Shown here piece by piece: positions 1-8,438 of a stretch of 64,000 bases of DNA; the first letter of the stretch is position 1, and every line of letters starts with the position of its first letter. The translations under genes were made by a program, and so were the position numbers. Under the pieces are notes generated by a model that saw only the letters and a program-made list of their open reading frames with translations, did no database searches and was not told the DNA's origin. The stretch is from Clostridia bacterium (GTDB lineage: Bacteria; Bacillota; Clostridia; Oscillospirales; Acutalibacteraceae): contig JAFQGI010000038.1 of assembly GCA_017415515.1 (NCBI GenBank), forward strand, positions 945 to 64,944, written 5' to 3'.

Positions 1-1387
1 CCGACGTGTAGATATTACCGATATTGTTGCCGTTGACGGCATCGTAAGCCGGTTGCTTAGCGTTCTGCAAAGTGTACGCCTTAAAAGGGGTAGGGTAACG
101 CGCGTCAACAACATAGTCGTCCACGCGCTGAATGTACTCTTGTGCCACATAACCACTCTTGCCGTTGTAGGTCACATGCGCCCAACTACCATTTGCTTTG
201 GAGACAGTAAACGTGGCATAGGCAGGGATGTAACCGACCACGTTACCGTTGGTGCTGTGGGCATCGCGGATGCGCAATTCGGAACTGACGTTTTTAGTAG
301 TATATGTGCCGGCATAGGAAGTGGAACATTTACAGGAATTGGTGTCGCAACTAGAACAGCTAGATACAACATTGGTTTCAGCGGTATTTTTCCAAACTTT
401 ACCACATGTGGAACATTTATAACACGAATAATGCGGATGCGCCGCTTCATAGTACATATATTGCCCTTTGTCGCAGATGTGCGTGTCATCATCATCAACA
501 ATAGTAAACAACGAAACTTTGCTGTAAACCGTTTTGGTGCCACCGGAATCTAACGGATACTCTACTAAACAACACCCATCCGTATACACTTCATAAATCG
601 TACATTTATCGGAAGTGCCGATCCAACAAGTCGAGTTGATGGAACGATGATTCGCATCGAAAATGTTTTCAGCGGTAATCTTCGCTTTCGGATAGGCAGT
701 CAATTTCTTACCGTAAGAGGTGTTAATCTTATGTGTGGTTACAACGCCACCTTTATTCCAAGCATTAGCGTACTGAACACCACTATAACTCTTAAAATAC
801 TCTGCCAACTGTTCCCAAGAATATGGTTTGAAACGGACTATGCAATAACCATCGTAATTACAGTCAGCAACATCTGCACCATAAGTACTAGTGTTGACGA
901 TAGAAACGGAATGTCCTCCTTTTAAACGGACATGCGTAGCGGGTGCACAACCCAACAACTTGGTTTTTAGTGTAGAAGCTGTACAGCTTTCCGCCGACAA
1001 AGCACCTGTAATATCAGTAAAATAACCCGGCGCACTTGCATCAAAGTAACCATATACTTTCCACTGACAATACCGAGCAAAACCAAAGCACTGCGATGCT
1101 AACAAGTCTACCTGACAAGTGCTGGGATTTCCCGTAGGCCAGTAACGCATACAATTGCACTGTGATGAAGTCGCGCTCACACAAACATCGTTCCAATGAC
1201 ATCTGCCATTAGCCCAGTAGCTGTTCGCACAAGATTTTCCGTTTTTTGTGAAATAACTACCATGAGCATAGCCGATATCAACGCCGTTAATGACGATATT
1301 GCTTGCCGCACTAACACTTACGGCTTGGAAAGGTATCGTAATTGCCAACAGGGCAATCACTAAAACAAGGGATAATACTTTTTTCAT
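1..1387 (-). CDS. Secreted Cys-rich protein with a putative papain-like (Cys/His) hydrolase domain plus SH3b-like modules; partial, 3' end runs off the left edge
   Basis: Absent from the supplied ORF track because it has no in-window stop. The reverse complement from 1387 reads ATGAAAAAAGTATTATCC..., giving MKKVLSLVLVIALLAITIPFQAVSVSA/ASNIVINGVDIGY (signal peptide). An AAGGAAAGAG RBS lies upstream and the frame stays open to position 1. It contains SQCFGFARYC and GGHSVSIV (candidate Cys/His pair) and an SH3b-like ELRIRDAHSTNGNVVGYIPAYATFTVSKANGSWAHVTYNGKSGYV. The module CTIYEVYTDGCCLVEYPLDSGGTKTVYSKVS is homologous to one in the neighbouring gene. Confidence 0.7.
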   Translation of the reverse strand, partial: MKKVLSLVLVIALLAITIPFQAVSVSAASNIVINGVDIGYAHGSYFTKNGKSCANSYWANGRCHWNDVCVSATSSQCNCMRYWPTGNPSTCQVDLLASQCFGFARYCQWKVYGYFDASAPGYFTDITGALSAESCTASTLKTKLLGCAPATHVRLKGGHSVSIVNTSTYGADVADCNYDGYCIVRFKPYSWEQLAEYFKSYSGVQYANAWNKGGVVTTHKINTSYGKKLTAYPKAKITAENIFDANHRSINSTCWIGTSDKCTIYEVYTDGCCLVEYPLDSGGTKTVYSKVSLFTIVDDDDTHICDKGQYMYYEAAHPHYSCYKCSTCGKVWKNTAETNVVSSCSSCDTNSCKCSTSYAGTYTTKNVSSELRIRDAHSTNGNVVGYIPAYATFTVSKANGSWAHVTYNGKSGYVAQEYIQRVDDYVVDARYPTPFKAYTLQNAKQPAYDAVNGNNIGNIYTS

Positions 1388-1434
1388 TCTCTTTCCTTCT
1401 TTCATAGTTCATTATTGGATAGATGCGAAGCCAC

Positions 1435-2814
1435 TCAGCCCAACTCCACCTCCCAACCATTAAGATATCGCTGCAACAGACCCAAGTCCTTGTTGTTGAC
1501 ACGGCCGTCGTCATTGACATCTGAAACACTTTCATTAACAACCACATCCCATCCGGTAAGATACTGTTGCAAGGCACTAATGTCTCTGTTATTTACATAA
1601 CCGTCACCATTAACATCACCACAAACACCCAACTCTTCCGGAACGTTTAATTCGTCGGTAGACACCCATCCCAACACGTAGTAATCCTTGCCCGTCATAG
1701 GCATAAATACCTGTGTCGCCCCATCGACCGATCCCACCAAATAGCACACATCGTCAGGATAAATACGGTAGGTTTTGTTGGATAAAGTGCTGGTTGAATA
1801 CAAATCTATGTATTCCTTAGCTACAAACGATACGAATTCCGCATTCGGATTGGAAACAAAATTCGATATCGGCGTATAGGCCGTCCTTGTTCCGCCTGAA
1901 TCCAACGGAAAGGTTACCTGACACCAGCCGTTGGTGTACACTTTATGGATGGTACAATAATCCGTTGTGTAAATCTCACCATAACGAGTCGTCAAGTCGC
2001 TTCTTTTTACCTCAAAATTGTTTGCCACACAAGGATACGCCTTAAATTCCGTAACAATATCATAGGCATCATCTTCGATCAAATTGGGATTCTCCGGCTC
2101 TCCGACATAAGCGTTGTTTCTTGTTACGATGCTGTATATTAAGTCACCATAAACCAAAAAGCCATCCGCATTGACGGATTCCTTGCTCACCGTCACCTTA
2201 CGTGCAACCGGCGGGGTCTGTTCGTAGATAACAAAGTGGGTCTCCGTCACCTCGCCCACCCAAACAATATGACTTCCCTTGGTGTTGCTTAAAGCGTCAC
2301 CCGCCTCAATATCGCACGCTTTCACGCCATAAGTAGTAGTTCCGTAAGGACTTCTTTGAATGGAGCCCACGTTGCAATAACGGGGGGCTTCCCCGTACAT
2401 AAAATCGCCTCCAAACACTTCGCTCACAAAATCTGCACAGCAAGAACCGTAAACAGGACCGGTCCGTACCGCATTGACCGAAGCACAGAAAGCAGTAGTT
2501 GAATAATTTGTTGTAGCTACCCTATCGTATTGAGCCAAAGAGCATAAACTCCAAGAAACAACCTCCGACGTGAACAGCGTATATGGAATACCCCTCACCG
2601 TCTCACCTTGAGGAAAGTACATTTTACCGTTGTAGGGATTTTCATTCCACACCGCAATATCTTGAGAGGGGATCCATTCATAATTGACCATCGCTTCAGC
2701 TCTTGCGCGCATTTCTTCCAGTGTCACCGTCGTCGCTGCAACATTCACAGCACTCATAGGCAACATCGTTGCCAATAAGAGCACGCTAAGCAAAGCAGCC
2801 AACACTTTTTTCAT
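1435..2814 (-). CDS. Secreted NlpC/P60-like (Cys/His) domain protein with SH3-like modules and a C-terminal dockerin-like double repeat
   Basis: Signal peptide MKKVLAALLSVLLLATMLPMSAVNVAA. YGSCCADFVSEVFG and KGSHIVWVGEV resemble NlpC/P60 Cys and His motifs. C-terminus is GDVNGDGYVNNRDISALQQYLTGWDV...DVNDDGRVNNKDLGLLQRYLNGWEV (two dockerin-type Ca-loop/helix segments). Lower G+C by eye than the rest of the window. Confidence 0.85.
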   Translation of the reverse strand: MKKVLAALLSVLLLATMLPMSAVNVAATTVTLEEMRARAEAMVNYEWIPSQDIAVWNENPYNGKMYFPQGETVRGIPYTLFTSEVVSWSLCSLAQYDRVATTNYSTTAFCASVNAVRTGPVYGSCCADFVSEVFGGDFMYGEAPRYCNVGSIQRSPYGTTTYGVKACDIEAGDALSNTKGSHIVWVGEVTETHFVIYEQTPPVARKVTVSKESVNADGFLVYGDLIYSIVTRNNAYVGEPENPNLIEDDAYDIVTEFKAYPCVANNFEVKRSDLTTRYGEIYTTDYCTIHKVYTNGWCQVTFPLDSGGTRTAYTPISNFVSNPNAEFVSFVAKEYIDLYSTSTLSNKTYRIYPDDVCYLVGSVDGATQVFMPMTGKDYYVLGWVSTDELNVPEELGVCGDVNGDGYVNNRDISALQQYLTGWDVVVNESVSDVNDDGRVNNKDLGLLQRYLNGWEVELG

Positions 2815-2849
2815 AAACTCCTACCTCTTTCAAAAAATATAGTTACATT

Positions 2850-2868
2850 TTAGCGAATTTTCCGCTAA
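2850..2868. promoter_or_regulatory. Candidate operator palindrome TTAGCG-N7-CGCTAA in the divergent intergenic region; a TATAAT follows at 2896-2901
   Basis: Inverted repeat read directly from the sequence, between the dockerin gene (-) and the XRE regulator (+). Protein binding is inferred only. Confidence 0.3.
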
Positions 2869-2931
2869 AAGTCAATAGCGAAAAACTTTCTAAGGTATAA
2901 TATACCCATCCTAACAAGAGGTGGTGTATCT

Positions 2932-3150
2932 ATGCCGTTATACCGACGCATCCGCGATCTGCGGGAGGACAAAGACCTGACCCAGACCCAAATGGGGGTC
3001 GTTCTCTCCTGCAGTCAGCGCGTTTACAGCAACTATGAGCGGGGCGACATCGACATCCCCACCACCACCCTCATCAAACTGGCCGATTACCACGGCGTAT
3101 CGGTGGATTACCTCCTTGAACGCACCGACAACCCAAAAACCAACGAATGA
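2932..3150 (+). CDS. XRE-family helix-turn-helix transcriptional regulator
   Basis: 72 aa: RDLREDKDLTQTQMGVVLSCSQRVYSNYERGDIDIPTTTLIKLADYHGVSVDYLLERTDNP, a typical Cro/C1 HTH. Paralogous to 58388..58603. Confidence 0.9.
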   Translation: MPLYRRIRDLREDKDLTQTQMGVVLSCSQRVYSNYERGDIDIPTTTLIKLADYHGVSVDYLLERTDNPKTNE

Positions 3151-3260
3151 ACAGCCTGCGGCACGCGCCACAGGCTGTTTTATTATGCCATTTGCCTTTT
3201 CATACCTATTTTTTCGTTTACTTTTTCTCCCATTCGTGCTATACTTGTCCCAAAGGAGTG

Positions 3261-3914
3261 ATGACTGTGTACACCAAACACCAATGGCATTGTGACCCCT
3301 GGCATTCTTTCAACTATGTGGTCAACCTGCCCAAGGATTACGACGAAACCAAGACCTACCCCCTGGTCTTTTTCCTCCACGGCGCCGGTGAGCGCGGCGA
3401 CGACCTGGAGGTGGCCTGCACCCACGGCTATATGCGCTATGTCCGTGAGCAGGGCGCGGAATACCCCTTCCTGTTCGTCGCCCCCCAGTGCGACGGCTGG
3501 AACTATTGGGGTTGCTACACCGAGAGCCTGTTCCATTTCATCGATTACATCTGCGACACCTACCCCGTGGATCGTGACCGGGTCATCCTGACCGGTCTGA
3601 GCATGGGCGGCACGGGTACGTGGATGCTGGCGATGGCGGACCCCGACCGCTTTTCCTGCATCGTCCCCGTTTGCGGTAGCGGCATCGTGTGGAACGCCAA
3701 GCGGCTGGCCAATCTCCCCATCCGTATGTACCACGGCGACGACGACCCCATCGTCCCCTTCGAGGAGAGCGTGGTGATGCTCCGCGAGCTGACCCGTGCC
3801 GGCGCGGACGTGAAGCTGACCATCTGCTACGGCGTCGGTCACAACGCGTGGGAGCAGGCCTACACCGACCCCGACCTCATCGACTGGATGCTGGCGCAAA
3901 AGCGGAAAGGGTAA
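3261..3914 (+). CDS. Alpha/beta-hydrolase carboxylesterase (phospholipase/carboxylesterase or PHB-depolymerase-like esterase family)
   Basis: Start moved to the ATG at 3261, preceded by AAAGGAG; the track ORF begins at 3147 inside the upstream gene tail. Motifs: LVFFLHGAGERGDD, nucleophile elbow GLSMGG, DDDPIV, GVGHN (Ser/Asp/His triad pattern). Confidence 0.85.
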   Translation: MTVYTKHQWHCDPWHSFNYVVNLPKDYDETKTYPLVFFLHGAGERGDDLEVACTHGYMRYVREQGAEYPFLFVAPQCDGWNYWGCYTESLFHFIDYICDTYPVDRDRVILTGLSMGGTGTWMLAMADPDRFSCIVPVCGSGIVWNAKRLANLPIRMYHGDDDPIVPFEESVVMLRELTRAGADVKLTICYGVGHNAWEQAYTDPDLIDWMLAQKRKG

Positions 3915-5209
3915 TGACTATGAAATTGGCTAATATTTTCACCGACCATATGGTGTTACAGCGCGGTTGCCCCATCGCCCTCTTCGGCGAGGGTTGCGGC
4001 CACGGCACCGCCACCATCGGCGGCACCGCCACCGCGTTTGACGCCGACGGCAAATTTCTCACCTACCTGCCCGCTATGGCGGCAGGCGGCCCCTACGACC
4101 TGACCGTCACTGTCGGTGACGAGTCGGTCACCTTCACCGACGTGCTGGTGGGTGACGTGTATCTGGCAGGCGGTCAATCCAATATGCAGTTCCGTGTGGA
4201 GGAGTCCACCGACATCCCCCGCATCGGCAACCCTCTGGTGCGCCACTTCCGCGAGGGCCACTACGCCAACGAGAATATGGACACATGGTACGACTACACC
4301 CCGTGGCAGGTGGCCGATACCGAGACGATTGAAAAATTCTCCGCCATCGGCTATGACGTAGGCCGTATGCTGTGCGAGGAGTTGAATATCCCCATCGGCA
4401 TTATCTCCTGCAACATCGGTGCCTCCCGCGTGGACGCTTGGACAGCTCCCGAAATCGTGGAGGCCCCCGACTACCAGCGGATGCTGGGCGAAAAGCACTG
4501 GGACTGGCACTGCTACAAGTTTAACCAAGGCTCTTGGTGCTATCTCAACAAGCTGCTCCCCATCGTCCCCTACACCATCCGCGGTGTGCTGTGGTATCAG
4601 GGTGAGAGCAACCGCCTCACCGAGGAAGCGGTTCACTACCACACCTTACTGGGCAAGCTAATCGCCAACTGGCGGGATCTGTGGCAGAAGGACCTGCCCT
4701 TCTACATCGTGCAGATTGCCCCTCACGCCGACGGCGACTGGAACGACTGGCCCCACATCCGTCAGGCCCAGGAGCGGGTCACCAAAGAGGTGGCAGGCAC
4801 CTATCTCTGCACCCTAACCCACACCGGTGAGGCGGACAACATCCACCCCACCAAAAAGCACCACCTGGCGGTGGAGCTAACCAACGCCGTCCTTGCCAAC
4901 GCTTTCGGCTATGACGTGGAATACTGCGGCCCTGTCTACGACAGGGTGGAAAAGGCCGAGAATGGCATCACCATCACCTTCACCCACGCCGACGGTCTGC
5001 ACTTTGACGGCGACCCCACCGACCTGATGGTGTACGATGCGGCGGCCAATCCCCTCCCCTACACCGCCGCCATCGAAGGCAACGCCCTCACCCTCACCGC
5101 CGCCGGCATTTCCCGCATCGAGCTGGGCTGGCGCAACGCCCCCACCCATAACCTCTACAACGCCGTAGGCTATTTAGCCTCTCCGTTCCAGATCACCTTG
5201 GGAGAATGA
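3914..5209 (+). CDS. Sialate O-acetylesterase-like carbohydrate esterase (SGNH/DUF303 type)
   Basis: The ATG at 3914 overlaps the upstream stop (TAATG); the upstream part of track ORF 3689.. lies in the previous gene. Motifs AGGQSNM and VLWYQGESN are typical of the sialic-acid 9-O-acetylesterase family. No signal peptide. Confidence 0.8.
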   Translation: MTMKLANIFTDHMVLQRGCPIALFGEGCGHGTATIGGTATAFDADGKFLTYLPAMAAGGPYDLTVTVGDESVTFTDVLVGDVYLAGGQSNMQFRVEESTDIPRIGNPLVRHFREGHYANENMDTWYDYTPWQVADTETIEKFSAIGYDVGRMLCEELNIPIGIISCNIGASRVDAWTAPEIVEAPDYQRMLGEKHWDWHCYKFNQGSWCYLNKLLPIVPYTIRGVLWYQGESNRLTEEAVHYHTLLGKLIANWRDLWQKDLPFYIVQIAPHADGDWNDWPHIRQAQERVTKEVAGTYLCTLTHTGEADNIHPTKKHHLAVELTNAVLANAFGYDVEYCGPVYDRVEKAENGITITFTHADGLHFDGDPTDLMVYDAAANPLPYTAAIEGNALTLTAAGISRIELGWRNAPTHNLYNAVGYLASPFQITLGE

Positions 5210-5263
5210 GCAAAGCTCATTCTCGAGGGGTGGCAACGCTGACAACAACACGCACCATCTAAC

Positions 5264-5296
5264 AAAAAACGGACGCCGTCACGGTGTCCGTTTTTC
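5264..5296 (+). terminator. Rho-independent terminator after the esterase pair
   Basis: ACGGAC...GTCCGT hairpin followed by TTTTT. Confidence 0.6.
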
Positions 5297-5304
5297 TTCT
5301 TTCC

Positions 5305-5333
5305 TTGCATTCCCTCCTAATCTGTGCTATACT
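5305..5333 (+). promoter_or_regulatory. Sigma-A-type promoter (TTGCAT-17 nt-TATACT) for the chromate transporter pair
   Basis: -35 at 5305-5310 and -10 at 5328-5333 with a 17-nt spacer, read directly from the sequence. Confidence 0.45.
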
Positions 5334-5360
5334 ACCTCACGTACGAAAGGAGTGGTGACA

Positions 5361-5924
5361 ATGGACAGCAAGGCAAAACGCATTCTCACGCTGTTTCTCA
5401 CCTTTTTCAAGATCGGTGCTTTCACCTTTGGCGGCGGCTACGCCATGATCCCCCTCATCCAGCGGGAGATCGTGGAAAAACACGGCTGGATGACCGACGA
5501 GGACATCCTGGACATCTTCGCCATCGCCGAATCCACCCCCGGCCCCATCGCCATCAATTCCGCCACCTTCGTGGGCTGGCGTGTGGCGGGCTTTTTCGGC
5601 GCGGCTCTTGCCACTTTCGGCGTGGTGCTGCCCTCCTTTGTCATCATCCTGCTGATCTCCTTCCTGCTGACCAATTTCGCCGACATCCCCACGGTGCAAT
5701 ACGCCTTTATGGGCATTCGTGCCGGTGTGCTGGCTCTGCTGGTCAAGGCACTGTGGACCATGTACAAAAAAGCCCCCAAGGGTCTCATCGCCTACGGCAT
5801 TATGGCGGCCGCCTTTATCGTCACCGCCTTCTGTAACGTGCCGGTGCTGGCTGTCATCGCCGGCTGTGCCCTGGTCGGCCTCGGCTCCTCCCTGTGGATG
5901 GCGCGGAAGGAGGGCAAGAAATGA
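5361..5924 (+). CDS. chrA: Chromate transporter family protein (first half of a split ChrA pair)
   Basis: FFKIGAFTFGGGYAMIPLIQREIVEKHGWMTDEDILDIFAIAESTPGPIAIN is the CHR-family signature. The ATG at 5361 lies 8 nt after GAAAGGAG; the track start at 5352 is a GTG overlapping the RBS. Confidence 0.85.
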   Translation: MDSKAKRILTLFLTFFKIGAFTFGGGYAMIPLIQREIVEKHGWMTDEDILDIFAIAESTPGPIAINSATFVGWRVAGFFGAALATFGVVLPSFVIILLISFLLTNFADIPTVQYAFMGIRAGVLALLVKALWTMYKKAPKGLIAYGIMAAAFIVTAFCNVPVLAVIAGCALVGLGSSLWMARKEGKK

Positions 5925-6523
5925 TCTCCTTTCTGACCCTGTTCCTCACCTTCTTCAAGATCGGCGCCTTCACCTTCGGCGGCGGCTACGCCATGCTCCC
6001 CCTCATTCAGGAGGAGGTGCTCCGCCACGGTTGGGTGGCGGAATCCGACCTGATCAACTTCATCGCCGTGTCCGAGTCCACCCCCGGCCCCTTCGCCATC
6101 AATATGGCCACCTACATCGGCTCTCAGGTAGGCGGCGAATACGGCGTCTGGGGCAGCATCTTCGGCTCTGCCTGCGCCACCCTGGGCGTGGTGCTCCCCT
6201 CCTTCATCGTCATCCTCATCGTAGCCCGCTTCTATGAGAAATACAAGCAAAGTCGCATCGTCAAGGGCTGTATGAGCGGCTTAAAGCCCGCCGTGGTGGG
6301 TCTCATTGGCGCCGCCGTGCTGTCGGTGGTGGCGGAGGTGCTGTTCCCCTTGGGGCTGTCCCTCTCCGCTTTTGCCAATCCCTCCATGTACGTCTCCTTG
6401 GGCATCTTCGCCCTGACGGTCACTCTTGCCTTCTGGAAAAAGGTGCATCCCATCTGGCTGATCCTCCTCTCCGCAGTCCTCGGTATCGGCTGGGGCTATC
6501 TGTCGCCGTTGATGATTCAATAA
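5921..6523 (+). CDS. chrA: Chromate transporter family protein (second half of the split ChrA pair)
   Basis: FFKIGAFTFGGGYAMLPLIQEEVLRHGWVAESDLINFIAVSESTPGPFAIN. An ATGA start/stop overlap with the upstream half suggests translational coupling. Confidence 0.85.
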   Translation: MISFLTLFLTFFKIGAFTFGGGYAMLPLIQEEVLRHGWVAESDLINFIAVSESTPGPFAINMATYIGSQVGGEYGVWGSIFGSACATLGVVLPSFIVILIVARFYEKYKQSRIVKGCMSGLKPAVVGLIGAAVLSVVAEVLFPLGLSLSAFANPSMYVSLGIFALTVTLAFWKKVHPIWLILLSAVLGIGWGYLSPLMIQ

Positions 6524-6532
6524 ACGGCAGGC

Positions 6533-6675
6533 AAGGCTTCCCCTTGAGGTAATTCCCCCGTCAAGCGGGGGAAATGTCACCGCAGGTGACAAAAGGGGGC
6601 CGCTTCGCGGCGAGCGAGAAGCTGTCAGCCGATAGGCTGACTGATGAGGTGTAGCCGTCCGCAGACGGCGTTACT
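6533..6675. repeat. Modular GC-rich multi-hairpin intergenic repeat (copy A)
   Basis: Shares its 5' module (CTTCCCCTTGAGG) and 3' module GATGAGGTGTAGCCG..CGGCGTTA with the copy at 16431-16503. Built of short perfect hairpins: CCCCC-gtcaagc-GGGGG, TGTCAC-cgcag-GTGACA, GTCAGCC-gata-GGCTGAC, GCCGTC-cgca-GACGGC. Confidence 0.6.
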
Positions 6676-6686
6676 CTTTTAAATGC

Positions 6687-6721
6687 AAAAAAGCAGACAC
6701 CCTCTCGGGTGTCTGCTTTTT
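6687..6721. terminator. Bidirectional rho-independent terminator between convergent genes
   Basis: AAAAAA-GCAGACACCC-tctc-GGGTGTCTGC-TTTTT. Confidence 0.7.
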
Positions 6722-6730
6722 CTCTTTTTC

Positions 6731-8095
6731 TTACTGCGTGATGCTCCGCGCCACGTGGACGCCGCTGGCGGAAGCGTGGGACAGCGAGTGGGTGATGCCG
6801 CTGCCGTCACCGATGATGTACAGGCCGGGATAGCAGCTTTCCAACTGCTCGTTGACCTCCACTTCCATGTTGTAGAATTTGACCTCCACGCCATACAGCA
6901 GGGTGTCGTCGTTGGCGGTGCCGGGCGCCACCTTGTCCAGTGCGTAGATCATCTCGATGATGCCGTCCAAAATGCGCTTGGGCAGCACCAGACTCAGGTC
7001 ACCGGGGGTAGCCTGCAAGGTGGGGGTGATAAACGCCTCCTCGATGCGGTTCTGGGTGGAGCGACGGCCGCGGATGAGATCACCGAACCGCTGGACGATG
7101 ACACCGCCGCCCAGCATATTGCTCAGTCTGGCGATGGACTCGCCGTAGCCGTTGGAATCCTCAAAAGGCGCGGTGAAATGCTTGGCCACCAGCAGGGCAA
7201 AGTTGGTATTCTCGGTCTGCAGGGCGGGATCCTCATAGCTGTGCCCGTTCACCGTGATGATGCCGTTGGTGTTTTCGGTCACCACCGCCCCCTTAGGGTT
7301 CATGCAGAAGGTACGCACCCGATCGCCGTATTTCTCGGTGCGATAGACGATCTTGCTTTCATACAGCTCATCCGTCAGATGGGCAAACACCGCCGCCGGC
7401 AGCTCCACCCGCACGCCGATGTCCACACGGTTGGACTTGGTGGGGATGTTCAGCTCCTCGCACACCTGCTCCATCCACTTGCTGCCGATACGGCCCACCG
7501 AGATGACGCACTGCTCGCAGGTGTATTCGCCATCGCCGCACACCACGGCATAGCCGCTTTCCAGCCGCTTCACCGTCTGCACGGGGGTATCAAAATAAAA
7601 ATCCACTTTTTCTTTCAGTTCGTTATACAGATTCTCCAACACCACGTAGTTCTTGTCGGTACCCAAGTGGCGCACCGAAGCGTCCAGCAGGTGTAGGTCG
7701 TTCTGAATGCACAGGGTCTTAAATCGGCTTCCGGCGGTGGTGTATAGCTTGGTGCCTTCGCCGCCGTATTGCAGGTTGATCTCGTCCACGTAGTGCATTA
7801 GCTCCAGCGCCTGCTTTTTGCCGATGTACTCAAACAACGTGCCGCCGAAATCGTTGGTGATGTTGTATTTGCCGTCAGAGAAAGCGCCCGCGCCGCCGAA
7901 GCCGCTCATGATGGAGCAACTCTTACAGCTCACACAACCCTTCACCTTTTCGCCGTCAATGGGGCAGTGCCGCTTATCCAGCGGATGCCCCGCCTCAAAC
8001 ACCGCCACTTTTAAGTTGGCGTTTTTCTGCATCAGCTCGTAGGCGGCAAAGATACCGCCGGGGCCTGCACCGATAATAATCACATCGTATTTCAT
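6731..8095 (-). CDS. FAD/NAD(P)-binding oxidoreductase (uncharacterised FAD-dependent dehydrogenase family)
   Basis: N-terminal Rossmann motif MKYDVIIIGAGPGGIFAAYEL. 454 aa. AAGGAGGA RBS 7 nt upstream. Confidence 0.85.
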   Translation of the reverse strand: MKYDVIIIGAGPGGIFAAYELMQKNANLKVAVFEAGHPLDKRHCPIDGEKVKGCVSCKSCSIMSGFGGAGAFSDGKYNITNDFGGTLFEYIGKKQALELMHYVDEINLQYGGEGTKLYTTAGSRFKTLCIQNDLHLLDASVRHLGTDKNYVVLENLYNELKEKVDFYFDTPVQTVKRLESGYAVVCGDGEYTCEQCVISVGRIGSKWMEQVCEELNIPTKSNRVDIGVRVELPAAVFAHLTDELYESKIVYRTEKYGDRVRTFCMNPKGAVVTENTNGIITVNGHSYEDPALQTENTNFALLVAKHFTAPFEDSNGYGESIARLSNMLGGGVIVQRFGDLIRGRRSTQNRIEEAFITPTLQATPGDLSLVLPKRILDGIIEMIYALDKVAPGTANDDTLLYGVEVKFYNMEVEVNEQLESCYPGLYIIGDGSGITHSLSHASASGVHVARSITQ

Positions 8096-8198
8096 CTATG
8101 TATCCTCCTTTTGGAGTTTTATTTCAGGTCAGCATGTTATTATACCACGTTTTCCGCAAAATGCAAACCCTTTTCCTTTTTGTTGCCTATTGACCTCA

Positions 8199-8290
8199 TT
8201 GTAGGGACAGGTGTCCCCACCTGTCCGCGCCGCCGCAGGCGGCGAAAGCGGGCGATTCGTGAATCGCCCCTACGATCCCGCCTCACTCCT
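8199..8290. repeat. Modular GC-rich multi-hairpin intergenic repeat (copy E)
   Basis: GTAGG-GACAGGTG-tccc-CACCTGTCC and GGGCGATTC-gt-GAATCGCCC-CTAC hairpins. The GTAGGG...CCCCTAC modules resemble those at 28260-28290 and 54890-54915. Confidence 0.5.
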
Positions 8291-8438
8291 CACTCCCCAT
8301 TTATCCGCCTCTCCGCAATTTATACTTGTTTTTTTTCTTTTTTATGGTACCATATAATCAAGGGGTATTATGCTCAGTTCCATCCACAAGATGGGACAAC
8401 CCTACCAAACCCATTTCATATACAGAAAGGATGAATGG

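Noticed and set aside
3147-3913. Upstream-extended starts of track ORFs 3147..3914 and 3689..5209.
   Set aside because: The extensions translate terminator or promoter sequence, or overlap the preceding gene out of frame. Internal ATGs at 3261 (AAAGGAG RBS) and 3914 (TAATG coupling) give N-termini that match the enzyme families.
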